NCBI GenBank assembly: GCA_003135555.1
Contig: PLCF01000006.1
Location: 1-49,239, forward strand
DNA: 49,239 nt
DNA from: Vulcanimicrobiota bacterium
Lineage (GTDB): Bacteria; Vulcanimicrobiota; Vulcanimicrobiia; Vulcanimicrobiales; Vulcanimicrobiaceae
Reading direction: 5' to 3'
Positions within the stretch are counted from its first letter, which is position 1; the number at the start of each line of letters is the position of its first letter. The translations under genes and the position numbers were made by a program. The notes beneath the pieces were generated by a model. It made no database searches and was not told where the DNA came from. It saw nothing but the letters and a program-made list of their open reading frames with translations. Below, in pieces: positions 9,192-18,543 of this stretch.

Positions 9192-10166
9192 ATGCATGCC
9201 ATCGAAGTACGCGCGTTCGGCGATCCTACCGTGCTCGAGTGGCGGGAACGGCCTGACCCCGTCCCGGGGCCGGGCGAGGTCGCGATACGGGTGGTGCAGA
9301 CCGGTGTGAACTTCGCCGACACGCAGGCGCGGCGCGGGACCTATCACGGCGGTCAGCAGCCGCCGTTCGTCCCCGGACTGGACTGCGCCGGCTCCATCGT
9401 CGCCCTCGGCGACGGTGTCACGGATTTGCGGATCGGGCAGCGCGTCGCCGCGTTTCCACCGGGCGGGTCGTACGCCGAGATCGTCGTCGTCCCGGTGACG
9501 ACCGTTTACCCGCTCGATCCGGCGGTTTCCGATGACGACGCGGCGGCGCTGCTGATGCTCGTCACCGCGTACAACGTGCTCAGCTTCGCCGGACGCCTCG
9601 CAGCGGGGGAAAGCGTGCTCGTCCATGCCGCCGCCGGCGGCGTCGGATCGACGGCGGTGCAGATCGCACGCGCGCTCGGCGCCGGAACGATCTTCGGCAC
9701 GGTCGGCAGCGAGGAGAAACGCGCCGTCGCGCTTGCGGCCGGCGCGGACGTCGCGATCGACTACCGGCGCGAGGACTTCGCGCGCACGGTCCTCGAAGCG
9801 ACCGGCGGCCGCGGCGTCGACCTGATCCTGGACTCGGTCGCCGGGGACGTGTTCACCGCGGGGCTCACGGCGCTGGCGCCGTTCGGCCGGATCGTCGCGT
9901 TCGGGATGGCGTCGGGCACACCCGGCACCGTTCGAACCAACGAGCTGCACACCACGAACCGCGCCGTCATCGGCTACAGCTCGGGATCGTACCGCAAGCT
10001 GCGTCCCGAAGCGCTGCGACCGGCGGCCGTAGCCTCGCTGCGGCTCGTCGCCCAGGGGCAAGTACACGTGGTCATCGGCGCGCGGTTTGCGCTGCGCGAC
10101 GCGGCGGAGGCGCACCGTCTGGTCGAGTCTCGCGCCGGCCACGGCAAGGTCCTGTTGACGGTCTGA
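9192..10166 (+). CDS. NADPH:quinone oxidoreductase (zeta-crystallin-like MDR family)
   Basis: GVNFAD, PFVPGLDCAG, VLVHAAAGGVG, GRGVDLILD, GKVLL. Confidence 0.92.
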   Translation: MHAIEVRAFGDPTVLEWRERPDPVPGPGEVAIRVVQTGVNFADTQARRGTYHGGQQPPFVPGLDCAGSIVALGDGVTDLRIGQRVAAFPPGGSYAEIVVVPVTTVYPLDPAVSDDDAAALLMLVTAYNVLSFAGRLAAGESVLVHAAAGGVGSTAVQIARALGAGTIFGTVGSEEKRAVALAAGADVAIDYRREDFARTVLEATGGRGVDLILDSVAGDVFTAGLTALAPFGRIVAFGMASGTPGTVRTNELHTTNRAVIGYSSGSYRKLRPEALRPAAVASLRLVAQGQVHVVIGARFALRDAAEAHRLVESRAGHGKVLLTV

Positions 10167-11884
10167 TGCGGCCGGCGCTCGCGCTGCGTCCCGCTTCGCG
10201 CGGCGGCTCGGTCGATCTCTCGCGCGGGCTGTTCGTGCTGGCCACGCTGGTACTCGCGGCGATGGTGATCCTGCCCTTGGGCTGGCTGATCGTCACCAGC
10301 CTGAGCGGCCCGCAAGGACCGACGCTGGACAACTATCGCACACTGTTCACCGACGCGACGATGGTGCGGCCGTTTCTGATCACGCTGGGGAGTTCGGCGG
10401 TCGTGGCGTTCGCGTGCGTGCTCGTCGCGGTGCCGATGGGGTGGTGCGTCGCGCGCACCGACATGCCGCTGCGCCGCCAGGTGCGCATCCTGGTGATGGC
10501 CTCGCTGGTGACGCCGCCGTTCCTGGGCGCGATCGCGTGGGAGTTGCTCGCGGCACCGAACACGGGCTTCCTCAACCAGCTCGCGCGCGCGGTGTTCCAC
10601 CTCGACCGCGCGGTGCACCCGTTCAACGTGTACTCGGTCGCCGGGCTGACGTTCGTGAACTTCCTTTACACCTTTCCGTACGCGTTCATCTTCGTCGCCA
10701 ACGCGCTCGAGCGCATCCCCGCCGACCTCGAGGATGCCTCGGCGATCCTGGGCGCGCGCCCCGCGCAGACGGCCTGGCGCGTCACGCTGCCGCTGATCCT
10801 GCCCGCGATCTTGGCCGGGGCGCTGATCGCGTTCTTGCAGTCGATGACCGTGTTCGGCTCGGCGGCGGTGCTCACGCTCCCGGCCGGATTTCACACCATG
10901 ACGACGCGGATCTGGAGCCTGTTCCAGTTTCCGCCCAAGCCGGCGCTGGCGGCCGCGGCCTCGATGCCGATGCTGCTGCTCACGCTGGGCCTGCTGCGCG
11001 CGCAGCAGTACGTGTTAGGGCGCAAAGGCTACGCGCTCGTCGGCGGCAAGGGTACGCGCCGCGCCATCGTGCGGCTGGGCGCCTGGAAGTGGGCGGCGCT
11101 GGCGTTTTGCGGCGTCGTGCTGCTCAACGCAATCGTGCTGCCGTACGGGGCGCTGCTCGACGCCGCGTTCGTCAAAGTCCCGCCGGCGCTCCCGACGCTG
11201 GCCAACCTCACCCTGGCCCACCTGCACTTCGTCTTCTTCGAGCTCGACGCGACGCAGGTCGCACTGTGGAACACGATGATCCTGGCGCTGGGCGCGGCGA
11301 CGGTCGGGACCGCTCTGGCGCTGGTCGTGGCGTACCTGGTCGTGCGCCGTGCCGTGCGCGGCTGGCAGCTGCTGAGCTTTCTCGCCACCGCGCCGTTGGC
11401 GATCCCGAGCATCGTGCTGGGTGTCGGATTGTTCCTCGCCTACACGCGTCCGCCGCTGCTGCTCTTCGGCACGCTGTGGATCATGCTCATCGCGTTCGTC
11501 ACGATCGAGTTCCCGGCGGCGTACCAACAACTCGCCTCGGTCGTGTCCTCGATCCACCCCGAGCTCGAGGAAGCCGGGCAGTTGCTCGGCGCGACGCGCC
11601 TGCGCGTGCTGCGCGAGATCACCTCGCCGCTCATGCGCAGCGGGGTCGTTGCGGCGTGGTGCTTCGTCTTCATCGGCGCGATCCGTGAAATCTCCGCCGC
11701 GATCTTGCTGTTCACCGCGCCGACTCGTACGATCGCCGTCGTCATCTACGATCTCAACGAGTCCGGCGACACCGGCAGCATCGCCGTGCTCGGCTTGCTG
11801 CTCATGGTCGTGACGTTCGCAGTGCTCATGGTCGCCAACCGGGTTCCAGTGGTCGCCACCGCGGCGGAGGAGCTGCGCGGATGA
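10166..11884 (+). CDS. Fe3+/thiamine-type ABC transporter permease (double BPD_transp_1 domain)
   Basis: Many TM helices; two EAA loops (LEDASAILGA, LEEAGQLLGA). Confidence 0.92.
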   Translation: MRPALALRPASRGGSVDLSRGLFVLATLVLAAMVILPLGWLIVTSLSGPQGPTLDNYRTLFTDATMVRPFLITLGSSAVVAFACVLVAVPMGWCVARTDMPLRRQVRILVMASLVTPPFLGAIAWELLAAPNTGFLNQLARAVFHLDRAVHPFNVYSVAGLTFVNFLYTFPYAFIFVANALERIPADLEDASAILGARPAQTAWRVTLPLILPAILAGALIAFLQSMTVFGSAAVLTLPAGFHTMTTRIWSLFQFPPKPALAAAASMPMLLLTLGLLRAQQYVLGRKGYALVGGKGTRRAIVRLGAWKWAALAFCGVVLLNAIVLPYGALLDAAFVKVPPALPTLANLTLAHLHFVFFELDATQVALWNTMILALGAATVGTALALVVAYLVVRRAVRGWQLLSFLATAPLAIPSIVLGVGLFLAYTRPPLLLFGTLWIMLIAFVTIEFPAAYQQLASVVSSIHPELEEAGQLLGATRLRVLREITSPLMRSGVVAAWCFVFIGAIREISAAILLFTAPTRTIAVVIYDLNESGDTGSIAVLGLLLMVVTFAVLMVANRVPVVATAAEELRG

Positions 11885-12963
11885 GCCGCCCGCTGCAGCT
11901 CGGCGTGCTCCTGGGCGACGACATCGGGCTCGAGGTCGTCCCCCAAGCCGTCAAGGTCGTCGCTGCGGCGGCGCGCGCCGTCGACTTGCCGATCGCATGG
12001 CATGAGTTCCCGATCGGGCGGCGTGCGCTCGAGTCGACCGGCACGACCCTGCCGGACGGGACGCTCGACGCGCTCGAGCCGCTCGACGGCTGGATCCTCG
12101 GACCGATCGGCCACCGCGAGTATCCCAAGATCGCCGGCGCCATCAACCCACATCCGATCCTGCGCAAGCACTTCGACTTGTTCGCGAACATCCGGCCGGC
12201 GAAGTCCTACCGCACGCTGCCCTCCGTCCACCAAGGCGTCGACCTGGTCATCGTGCGCGAGAACAACGAAGGCTTCCAACCCGATCGCAACGTCGTCGCC
12301 GGGTCGGGTGAGTTCCGGCCAACGCACGACGTGACGATCTCGGTACGGGTCATTACGCGCGCCGCCTCGTCCAAAGTCGCGCGGGCCGCGTTCGAGCTGG
12401 CGCGAACGCGGCGCAAACAGCTCGCGGTCATCCACAAGGACACCGTCTTCAAGCTGGGTTGCGGAATGTTCGCCGAGGAGTGCCGCGCGGTCGCGCGCGA
12501 CTATCCCGACGTCGCCTACGAGGAGATCATCGTCGACACGTTCGCGATGCGCCTAGCGATGAAGCCCCAAGCCTATGACGTCGTCGTCACCACGAACATG
12601 TTCGGCGACATCCTCAGCGACGAGGCCGCGGGGCTGGTCGGCGGCCTGGGGATGGCGCCTGCCCTCTCCGCCGGTCCACGTCACGCGATGGCGCAGGCAA
12701 CGCACGGGTCCGCGCCCGACATCGCCGGGCGCAACGTCGCCAACCCGTACGCCATGATCGTCTCGGCGCAGATGCTGCTGGCCTGGCTCGGACGCACGAA
12801 GGGCGACGTGCGGGCGAGCGCGGCGGCGCGGGCGATCGAGCAGGCGGTGGAAGACACGATCGAGACGCGCACGAGCCTGACCCCCGACCTGGGCGGTACC
12901 GGCACCACGGTCGAGATGGGTGACGCCGTCGCGGAGCGCGCCGCGTCCCGGGCGCAGGGCTGA
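11881..12963 (+). CDS. Isocitrate/isopropylmalate (beta-decarboxylating) dehydrogenase family protein, atypical
   Basis: [40 protein letters not shown]. Confidence 0.9.
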   Translation: MSRPLQLGVLLGDDIGLEVVPQAVKVVAAAARAVDLPIAWHEFPIGRRALESTGTTLPDGTLDALEPLDGWILGPIGHREYPKIAGAINPHPILRKHFDLFANIRPAKSYRTLPSVHQGVDLVIVRENNEGFQPDRNVVAGSGEFRPTHDVTISVRVITRAASSKVARAAFELARTRRKQLAVIHKDTVFKLGCGMFAEECRAVARDYPDVAYEEIIVDTFAMRLAMKPQAYDVVVTTNMFGDILSDEAAGLVGGLGMAPALSAGPRHAMAQATHGSAPDIAGRNVANPYAMIVSAQMLLAWLGRTKGDVRASAAARAIEQAVEDTIETRTSLTPDLGGTGTTVEMGDAVAERAASRAQG

Positions 12964-12967
12964 CCGC

Positions 12968-13981
12968 GTGGCCACGCTCGAGTTGCGAAACCTGGTCAAA
13001 CGCTTCAACGGCAGCGCCGTCGTCGACGGCATCGACCTGACGATCCCCGACGGTGCGTTCGTGTGTCTGCTCGGCCCGTCGGGATGTGGGAAGACGACCC
13101 TCCTGCGGCTCGTCGCCGGCTTCATCGCGCCCGACGCAGGCGAAATCGTCGTCGGCGGTACGCGCCTCTCGGCGCCCGGCACCGTCGTCCCGCCCGAACG
13201 CCGCGGGATGTCGATGATCTTCCAAAGCTACGCGCTGTGGCCGCACATGACCGTCGAGCAAAACGTCGGCTACGGATTGCGCCTGCGCGCGCTGCCCCGC
13301 GACCAGATCGCCGCGCGCGTCGCGACGATCTGCGCGGCGACGCAGCTCGACCCGTTGCTGCACCGCTATCCGGCCGAGCTCTCGGGCGGACAGCAACAAC
13401 GGGTCGCCCTCGCGCGGGCGCTCGTCGTCGAACCGCAGACCTTGTTGCTGGACGAGCCGCTCTCGAATCTGGACGCGAACCTGCGCGAAGAGATGCGCTT
13501 CGAGATCCGCCGCCTGCACGACGAGTTTCGCTACACCACCGTCTACGTCACCCACGATCAAGGCGAAGCGATGGCGACCGCGGACCTGATCGTCGTCCTG
13601 CGCGCCGGACGCGTGGAGCAGGCCGGGACGCCCGAAGAGATCTACCGCCGGCCGCGGTCGGAGTTCGTGGCTCGGTTCGTCGGGGGCGCGAACGTGCTCC
13701 CGGGCAGCTTCGCCGGTTTGGACGCGCCCTTCTCGATCCGGCTCGAAGACGTCGCGCTGCTTGCGGCGCAGCCGGCGGTGAACGGGACGCCGTACCTGCC
13801 CGGCACCGTGGTGCGGCGGGTGTTCCTGGGCAGCGCGCGCGACTACGTCGTCGAAGCCGGCGGCGAGCTGGTGCGCGTCACCACGCCGCCGCACGTCGAC
13901 GTCTTGCCGGGCGAGCGCGTCTGGCTCGGCTTTCCGCCGGAGCGCTGCCATCGTCTCGAACACCCATCTGCAGGAGAATGA
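12968..13981 (+). CDS. ABC transporter ATP-binding subunit with TOBE domain
   Basis: GPSGCGKT Walker A, LSGGQQQR signature, LLLDEP, VTHDQ. Confidence 0.95.
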   Translation: MATLELRNLVKRFNGSAVVDGIDLTIPDGAFVCLLGPSGCGKTTLLRLVAGFIAPDAGEIVVGGTRLSAPGTVVPPERRGMSMIFQSYALWPHMTVEQNVGYGLRLRALPRDQIAARVATICAATQLDPLLHRYPAELSGGQQQRVALARALVVEPQTLLLDEPLSNLDANLREEMRFEIRRLHDEFRYTTVYVTHDQGEAMATADLIVVLRAGRVEQAGTPEEIYRRPRSEFVARFVGGANVLPGSFAGLDAPFSIRLEDVALLAAQPAVNGTPYLPGTVVRRVFLGSARDYVVEAGGELVRVTTPPHVDVLPGERVWLGFPPERCHRLEHPSAGE

Positions 13982-13982
13982 G

Positions 13983-15020
13983 ATGCTTCACCGTCTGACC
14001 CGGTGCATCGCGGCCGCGGTGCTCGTCCTGACCGGCTTGGGGCCGGCGCGCGTCTTGCCGGCGACATTCATCGTGCCCGATGTCGCGAAGGCCAAAGCCG
14101 AGGGACTGGTCGTGTTCTACACGTCGGTCGACGTGAGCGTCGCCGAGCGTCTCGCCCGCGAGTTCCAGGCCAAGTACGGGATCAAGGTGCAAGTCGAGCG
14201 CACCGGCAGCGAGCGCGTGTTCCAGCGCCTCGGCCAAGAGATGGGCAGCAACTTGCACGTGGTCGACGTCGTGAACACGTCGGACGCCGCCAACTTCTTG
14301 GTCTGGAAGAACAGCGGATGGCTGGCGGACGTCCGGCTCGAGGACATCGAGCGGTACTGGCCGCCGCAGTTCCGCGACCGCGACGGCACCTTCGCGACCT
14401 GGCGCGCGACGCTCTCGCCGATCGCGTACAACGCGACGCTGGTCAAGCCGTCCGACGCGCCGAAGAACTGGGCCGATCTGCTGGCGCCGCAATGGAAGGG
14501 CAAGCTCGTCAAGGCGCATCCCGCCTACAGCGGCAGCGAGATGACCGCCGACTACGAGCTGATGAAGGCGTTCGGCTGGCCCTATCTCCAAAAGCTCGGC
14601 GCCCAGAGCGTCATGCAAGTACAGTCGTCGACCGAACCGCCCAAAGTGCTCAGCCGCGGCGAGCAGGCCGTGATGGCGGGCGGCAACGAGTACGTGGTGT
14701 TCCAGCTGCAGGCCCAAGGCAGTCCGCTGGTGCTCGTGTATCCGCCCGAGGGAACGCCCTTCGAGACCTCGCCCGCGGCCGTGCTCAAGCAGGCGCCGCA
14801 TCCCAACGCGGCGCGCTTGTTCTACGCCTATCTCTTCAGCCGCGACACGCAACAGTTGCTGATCGATTTCGGCGGGCTGCGCTCGGTGCGCGCGGGGATG
14901 AAGGAACCGGCGAACCGCCTCCCGATCACGCGCATCCGCCTGTTCAAGGACGACCCCCAGGGCGTGCTCAAGACGAGCGACGAGATGAAGACCAGGTATG
15001 CGCAGTACTTCGGAACCTGA
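13983..15020 (+). CDS. ABC transporter substrate-binding protein (AfuA/FbpA-like fold)
   Basis: Signal peptide; AKAEGLVVFYTS, PKNWADLL, APHPNAARLF. Confidence 0.9.
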   Translation: MLHRLTRCIAAAVLVLTGLGPARVLPATFIVPDVAKAKAEGLVVFYTSVDVSVAERLAREFQAKYGIKVQVERTGSERVFQRLGQEMGSNLHVVDVVNTSDAANFLVWKNSGWLADVRLEDIERYWPPQFRDRDGTFATWRATLSPIAYNATLVKPSDAPKNWADLLAPQWKGKLVKAHPAYSGSEMTADYELMKAFGWPYLQKLGAQSVMQVQSSTEPPKVLSRGEQAVMAGGNEYVVFQLQAQGSPLVLVYPPEGTPFETSPAAVLKQAPHPNAARLFYAYLFSRDTQQLLIDFGGLRSVRAGMKEPANRLPITRIRLFKDDPQGVLKTSDEMKTRYAQYFGT

Positions 15021-16359
15021 CGTCGCCGCCGCGTTCGCCGCGCGGTTGGGCGCGCTCGCGCGCGAGCCGCTCCCCGCACCGCTCGCTCACGAGGCGAAAC
15101 GCGCGCTCATCAACGTGCTCGGGCTGGCGATCGGGGCGTCGCACCATGCGGGCGTCGACGCGATCGTCGTCGCGGCAGGCGAGCTCGGCGGCGCGCCGAG
15201 CGCGCCGGTGCTGGGACGCACGCAGCGCGTCGACGCGCACTTCGGCGCGCTCGCCGCGGGGTTCGCCGCGCACGTCGACGATTTCGACGACACCCATCTG
15301 GCCACGGTCATCCACCCCGGCGCGGCGTGCATGGCGGTGCTCGTCGCGCTGGCGCACGAAACCGCGCCGAGCGGCGCGAGCGCGCTGCGCGCGTTCGCGA
15401 TCGGCTGCGAGGCCCAACTCCGCGCGGGCGTCGCGATCTCCCCGGAACACTACGAGCGCGGCTGGCACATCACCGGCACCTGCGGCGTCGTCGGCGCCGC
15501 CGTAACCGCCGCGTTGCTGCTGGGTTTCGACGACGCGAGCCTGGCCCGCGCCGTGCGCTTGTCGGCCACGATGACGTTGGGTCAGCGCGAGGCCTTCGGG
15601 ACGATGACCAAGGCTTTTCACCCCGGCAAGGCCGCGGCCAACGGGATCCTGGCCGCGCGGCTCGCCGCGCAGGGCGCCGACGCGCCGGGGACGATACTCG
15701 AGGATCCGCGCGGATTCGCGGCGGCGCTCTCGACGCGTTTCGATCCCGCCCAGCTGCTCGACGACGTGGGGACGCGCTGGGAGCTCGCCGACAACACCTA
15801 CAAGCCGTATCCGTGCGGGATCGTCGCGCATCCGTCGATCGACGCCGCGTTGGCGCTGCGCGAGCGCGTCACGCCGGATGCAATCGCCGCGTTGCGCGCG
15901 CATTGTCATCCGCTCGTCCCCGAGTTGATGGGCAACCCCGATCCGGCCGACGGGCTGCAGGCACGTTTCAGCGCCATCCACGGAATCGCCGCAGCGTTGT
16001 GCGACGGCCGGGTCGGGCTCCCGCAATATGAGACCGAGCGCGTGCGGCGCGCCGACGTGTGCGCGCTGCGCGCCAGGACCGTGCTGGTCGCGAGTCCCGG
16101 GATTGCGCGTGACGCCGCCCGGCTCGAAGCTCGCCTGCATGATGGAACGGTGCTCGAGGAGGTCGTCGAGCACGCGCGCGGCAGCGCGGCGCGTCCGCTC
16201 ACCGACGCGGAGCTGTTCGCCAAAGTCGAGCTACTCGTGGCACCCGGGCTAGGCCCGCAGGCCGCGCGCCGGCTCATCGAGACGGCAATGCAGCTCGAAG
16301 CCGACGGGTTCGACGCGGTGTTGGCGGCCGCGGCTCCGGTGGCAACCGCGCATGCCTGA
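14998..16359 (+). CDS. MmgE/PrpD family protein
   Basis: HVDDFDDTH, HPG, RGWHITG, KAFHPGKAAANG, YKPYPCG motifs. Confidence 0.92.
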   Translation: MRSTSEPDVAAAFAARLGALAREPLPAPLAHEAKRALINVLGLAIGASHHAGVDAIVVAAGELGGAPSAPVLGRTQRVDAHFGALAAGFAAHVDDFDDTHLATVIHPGAACMAVLVALAHETAPSGASALRAFAIGCEAQLRAGVAISPEHYERGWHITGTCGVVGAAVTAALLLGFDDASLARAVRLSATMTLGQREAFGTMTKAFHPGKAAANGILAARLAAQGADAPGTILEDPRGFAAALSTRFDPAQLLDDVGTRWELADNTYKPYPCGIVAHPSIDAALALRERVTPDAIAALRAHCHPLVPELMGNPDPADGLQARFSAIHGIAAALCDGRVGLPQYETERVRRADVCALRARTVLVASPGIARDAARLEARLHDGTVLEEVVEHARGSAARPLTDAELFAKVELLVAPGLGPQAARRLIETAMQLEADGFDAVLAAAAPVATAHA

Positions 16360-17059
16360 CGCCGCGCCGGTACCGGGCGCGTCGGAGATCGTCGCCCGCT
16401 TCGTCGCCGCGCCGCCCGCAGGCGCTGGACTCGACGCCGCACTGCAGTCCGCGCGCACGCGTTTGGCCGCGGCGCGCCGCGCGCTGGCCGGCCCTACCGC
16501 CGCGTCCGCGCCGGCCGAGCGCGCGCTAGCCGGAGCCGGGCTGCCGCTGCGGCGGGCGTTCGTCGACGCGACCGTGCTGGCGGGCTCGCCGGCGACGCGC
16601 GCCGATGCCGCGATCGTCGCCGCCGCGCTGGCGGCGCACGGCGAACCGGAGATCCTCGCCGCGATCGCGGTCGGGTGCGAGGTGGCGGCGCGCCTGCGTG
16701 GGGCGCTCCGCCTCGACGCAGCCTGGCACGCCGATGCGGTGACGGCGCGGCTCGGAGCCGCGGCGGCCGCCGCCCGGGCGCTGGGGCTCGATCCGACGGC
16801 CGCGCGGGACGCCCTGGGCCTGGCAGCGACGCAAGCCGCCGGGCTCGGGATCGTGGACGGGACACCAGCCGGCGCGCTCGGTCAGGGCAAAGCGGCTGCC
16901 GATGCCGTTGAAGGCGCCGTCCTGGCGCGCGCCGGCTTCACCAGCGCCGCCGCATCCCTCGAGGGCCGGCGCGGCCTCGGCGCACTGATGGCGGCAGGGT
17001 TCGACGACGCCGCGTTGTGCGCCGACCTCGGCCGGCGCTGGCTCTCCGCGCCGGACTAG
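16352..17059 (+). CDS. Short, degenerate MmgE/PrpD N-terminal-domain protein
   Basis: AIAVGCEV, WH, ALGLAATQAAGL, GKAAADAV, LEGRRG align to the first half of the upstream paralog; DDFDDTH and C-terminal domain are missing. Confidence 0.7.
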   Translation: MPDAAPVPGASEIVARFVAAPPAGAGLDAALQSARTRLAAARRALAGPTAASAPAERALAGAGLPLRRAFVDATVLAGSPATRADAAIVAAALAAHGEPEILAAIAVGCEVAARLRGALRLDAAWHADAVTARLGAAAAAARALGLDPTAARDALGLAATQAAGLGIVDGTPAGALGQGKAAADAVEGAVLARAGFTSAAASLEGRRGLGALMAAGFDDAALCADLGRRWLSAPD

Positions 17060-17116
17060 GCTGGCTGCCGGCGCCGGCAAGGCCGACCTTGCCAGCGGAC
17101 AAAACGATCTCTCACC

Positions 17117-18022
17117 ATGGTTGCCGAAGGCGCATCTGCGCCCTTGAACAGGGTGCTCGCGAGCGTCCACTTCGATATCGTCGGCGGGTGCCAGCTTCGA
17201 TGCGTCGGCTGCCCGAATTCGACGATTCTGAACAAGGTCACGCGCATCGAGCCCTCGGTGTTTGGATCGTGCCTGGCAAACATCGATGTCGATCATGTTG
17301 CGATTTTCCGATTGTTCAACTACGGCGAGTCGCTGTTGCACGATGATCTGCCTGCTATCTTCGACGAACTCGAGACGGCGCCACGTTTTTCGATCGGATT
17401 TCTGGAGATGTCCACGAACGCGCAGTTTGCGCGCTGGGATCAACTCGAGGACGTGTTGCGACGGCGGCGGCTGAATCGGCTGGTCGTGAGCTGCGATGGC
17501 GATGGTACGCCTGCCTCGTACGAGCGGCTTCGTCCGCCGGCGACGTGGGAAAAGTTCATGGCATTTCTCGTGAAAGCGCGCCGGCTCAGGGATCAACTGT
17601 GTCCGGACATGGAATTGATGACGCGCACCGTCGTGTTCGACGTGGCGCACACGGCGGCGTGGAAAACCGTCCTCGAGCCACTCGGCTGGAGGCCTGAATT
17701 TCGCTGGTGGATCAATCTCGTCGGCGCGTCCGAAGACCTTTCAGGCCGGAACTGGCAGCCAGGTGAGGGCACGTGCCCATTCGTCCGAGGCGGTGACAAC
17801 CTCTACGTTGATTGGAACGGAACCGTCGTGCCGTGTTGCGCACATCCGCACGCCGGCGACTTCGGTGATCTCTCCACGCAGAAATGGAGCGCGATCGTCT
17901 CGAGCGCGAAGCGCGCTGATTTCGGGGAGCAACTCGAAACCAACCGAGCGGCGATGGACATCTGCGGAAAATGCGAGTTCGGTGCGAAAAGCGATCTTGG
18001 CGCGTATCTCGTGCCGAGCTAG
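17117..18022 (+). CDS. Radical SAM protein with SPASM/twitch-like C-terminus
   Basis: CQLRCVGC (CxxxCxxC), FNYGES, STN; C-terminal CPF...VVPCC...CGKC. Confidence 0.88.
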   Translation: MVAEGASAPLNRVLASVHFDIVGGCQLRCVGCPNSTILNKVTRIEPSVFGSCLANIDVDHVAIFRLFNYGESLLHDDLPAIFDELETAPRFSIGFLEMSTNAQFARWDQLEDVLRRRRLNRLVVSCDGDGTPASYERLRPPATWEKFMAFLVKARRLRDQLCPDMELMTRTVVFDVAHTAAWKTVLEPLGWRPEFRWWINLVGASEDLSGRNWQPGEGTCPFVRGGDNLYVDWNGTVVPCCAHPHAGDFGDLSTQKWSAIVSSAKRADFGEQLETNRAAMDICGKCEFGAKSDLGAYLVPS

Positions 18023-18486
18023 GCGGCGCGGCCGGGCTTGAACCGCAGCGCGACGCCGTTCATGCAATAGCGTAACCCCGTCGGCTTGGGCCCGTCGTCG
18101 AAGACGTGACCGAGGTGCCCTTCGCAGCGCCGGCAATGGACCGCGGTGCGCGGCAGACCGAGCAGATAATCGGTCTTGGTTCCGACCGCGTTGGGGAGCG
18201 GCGCCCAGAAGCTCGGCCACCCCGTTCCGCTGTCGAATTTGGTCTTCGACGAGTACAGCGCGAGGTCGCAGCCCGCGCAAGCGTACGTGCCGGAGTGCTT
18301 CTCCTCGTCGAGCGGGCTGGAGAACGCGCGCTCCGTGTCCTCGTGACGCAAAACCGCATAGGCCTCGGGCGTGAGGAGCTTGCGCCACTCGGCATCGCTG
18401 TGGGTCACCCGGGTGGCGGCGCGGGCGATCCCCGGCCCGGCGAGGACGAAGCCGGCGAGCGCGCTCAGGACGGTGCTGCGTTTCAT
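18019..18486 (-). CDS. msrB: Peptide-methionine (R)-S-oxide reductase with export signal
   Basis: KFDSGTGWPSF, HLGHVFDDGP, GLRYCMNG, two CxxC; Tat-like N-terminal signal (MKRSTVL...ARA). Confidence 0.95.
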   Translation of the reverse strand: MKRSTVLSALAGFVLAGPGIARAATRVTHSDAEWRKLLTPEAYAVLRHEDTERAFSSPLDEEKHSGTYACAGCDLALYSSKTKFDSGTGWPSFWAPLPNAVGTKTDYLLGLPRTAVHCRRCEGHLGHVFDDGPKPTGLRYCMNGVALRFKPGRAA

Positions 18487-18543
18487 CGTACCGTCAACGA
18501 TAGCGCGAGCGGGTCCGGATGTCCCGTAACCACGCTTACGCCT

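Noticed and set aside
11881..16359. leuB and prpD gene symbols
   Set aside because: Motif deviations and the absence of leuCD or prpBC context make orthology unsupported
18019..18486. MsrB as a second selenoprotein
   Set aside because: The catalytic position is a normal Cys (RYCMN) and there is no in-frame UGA
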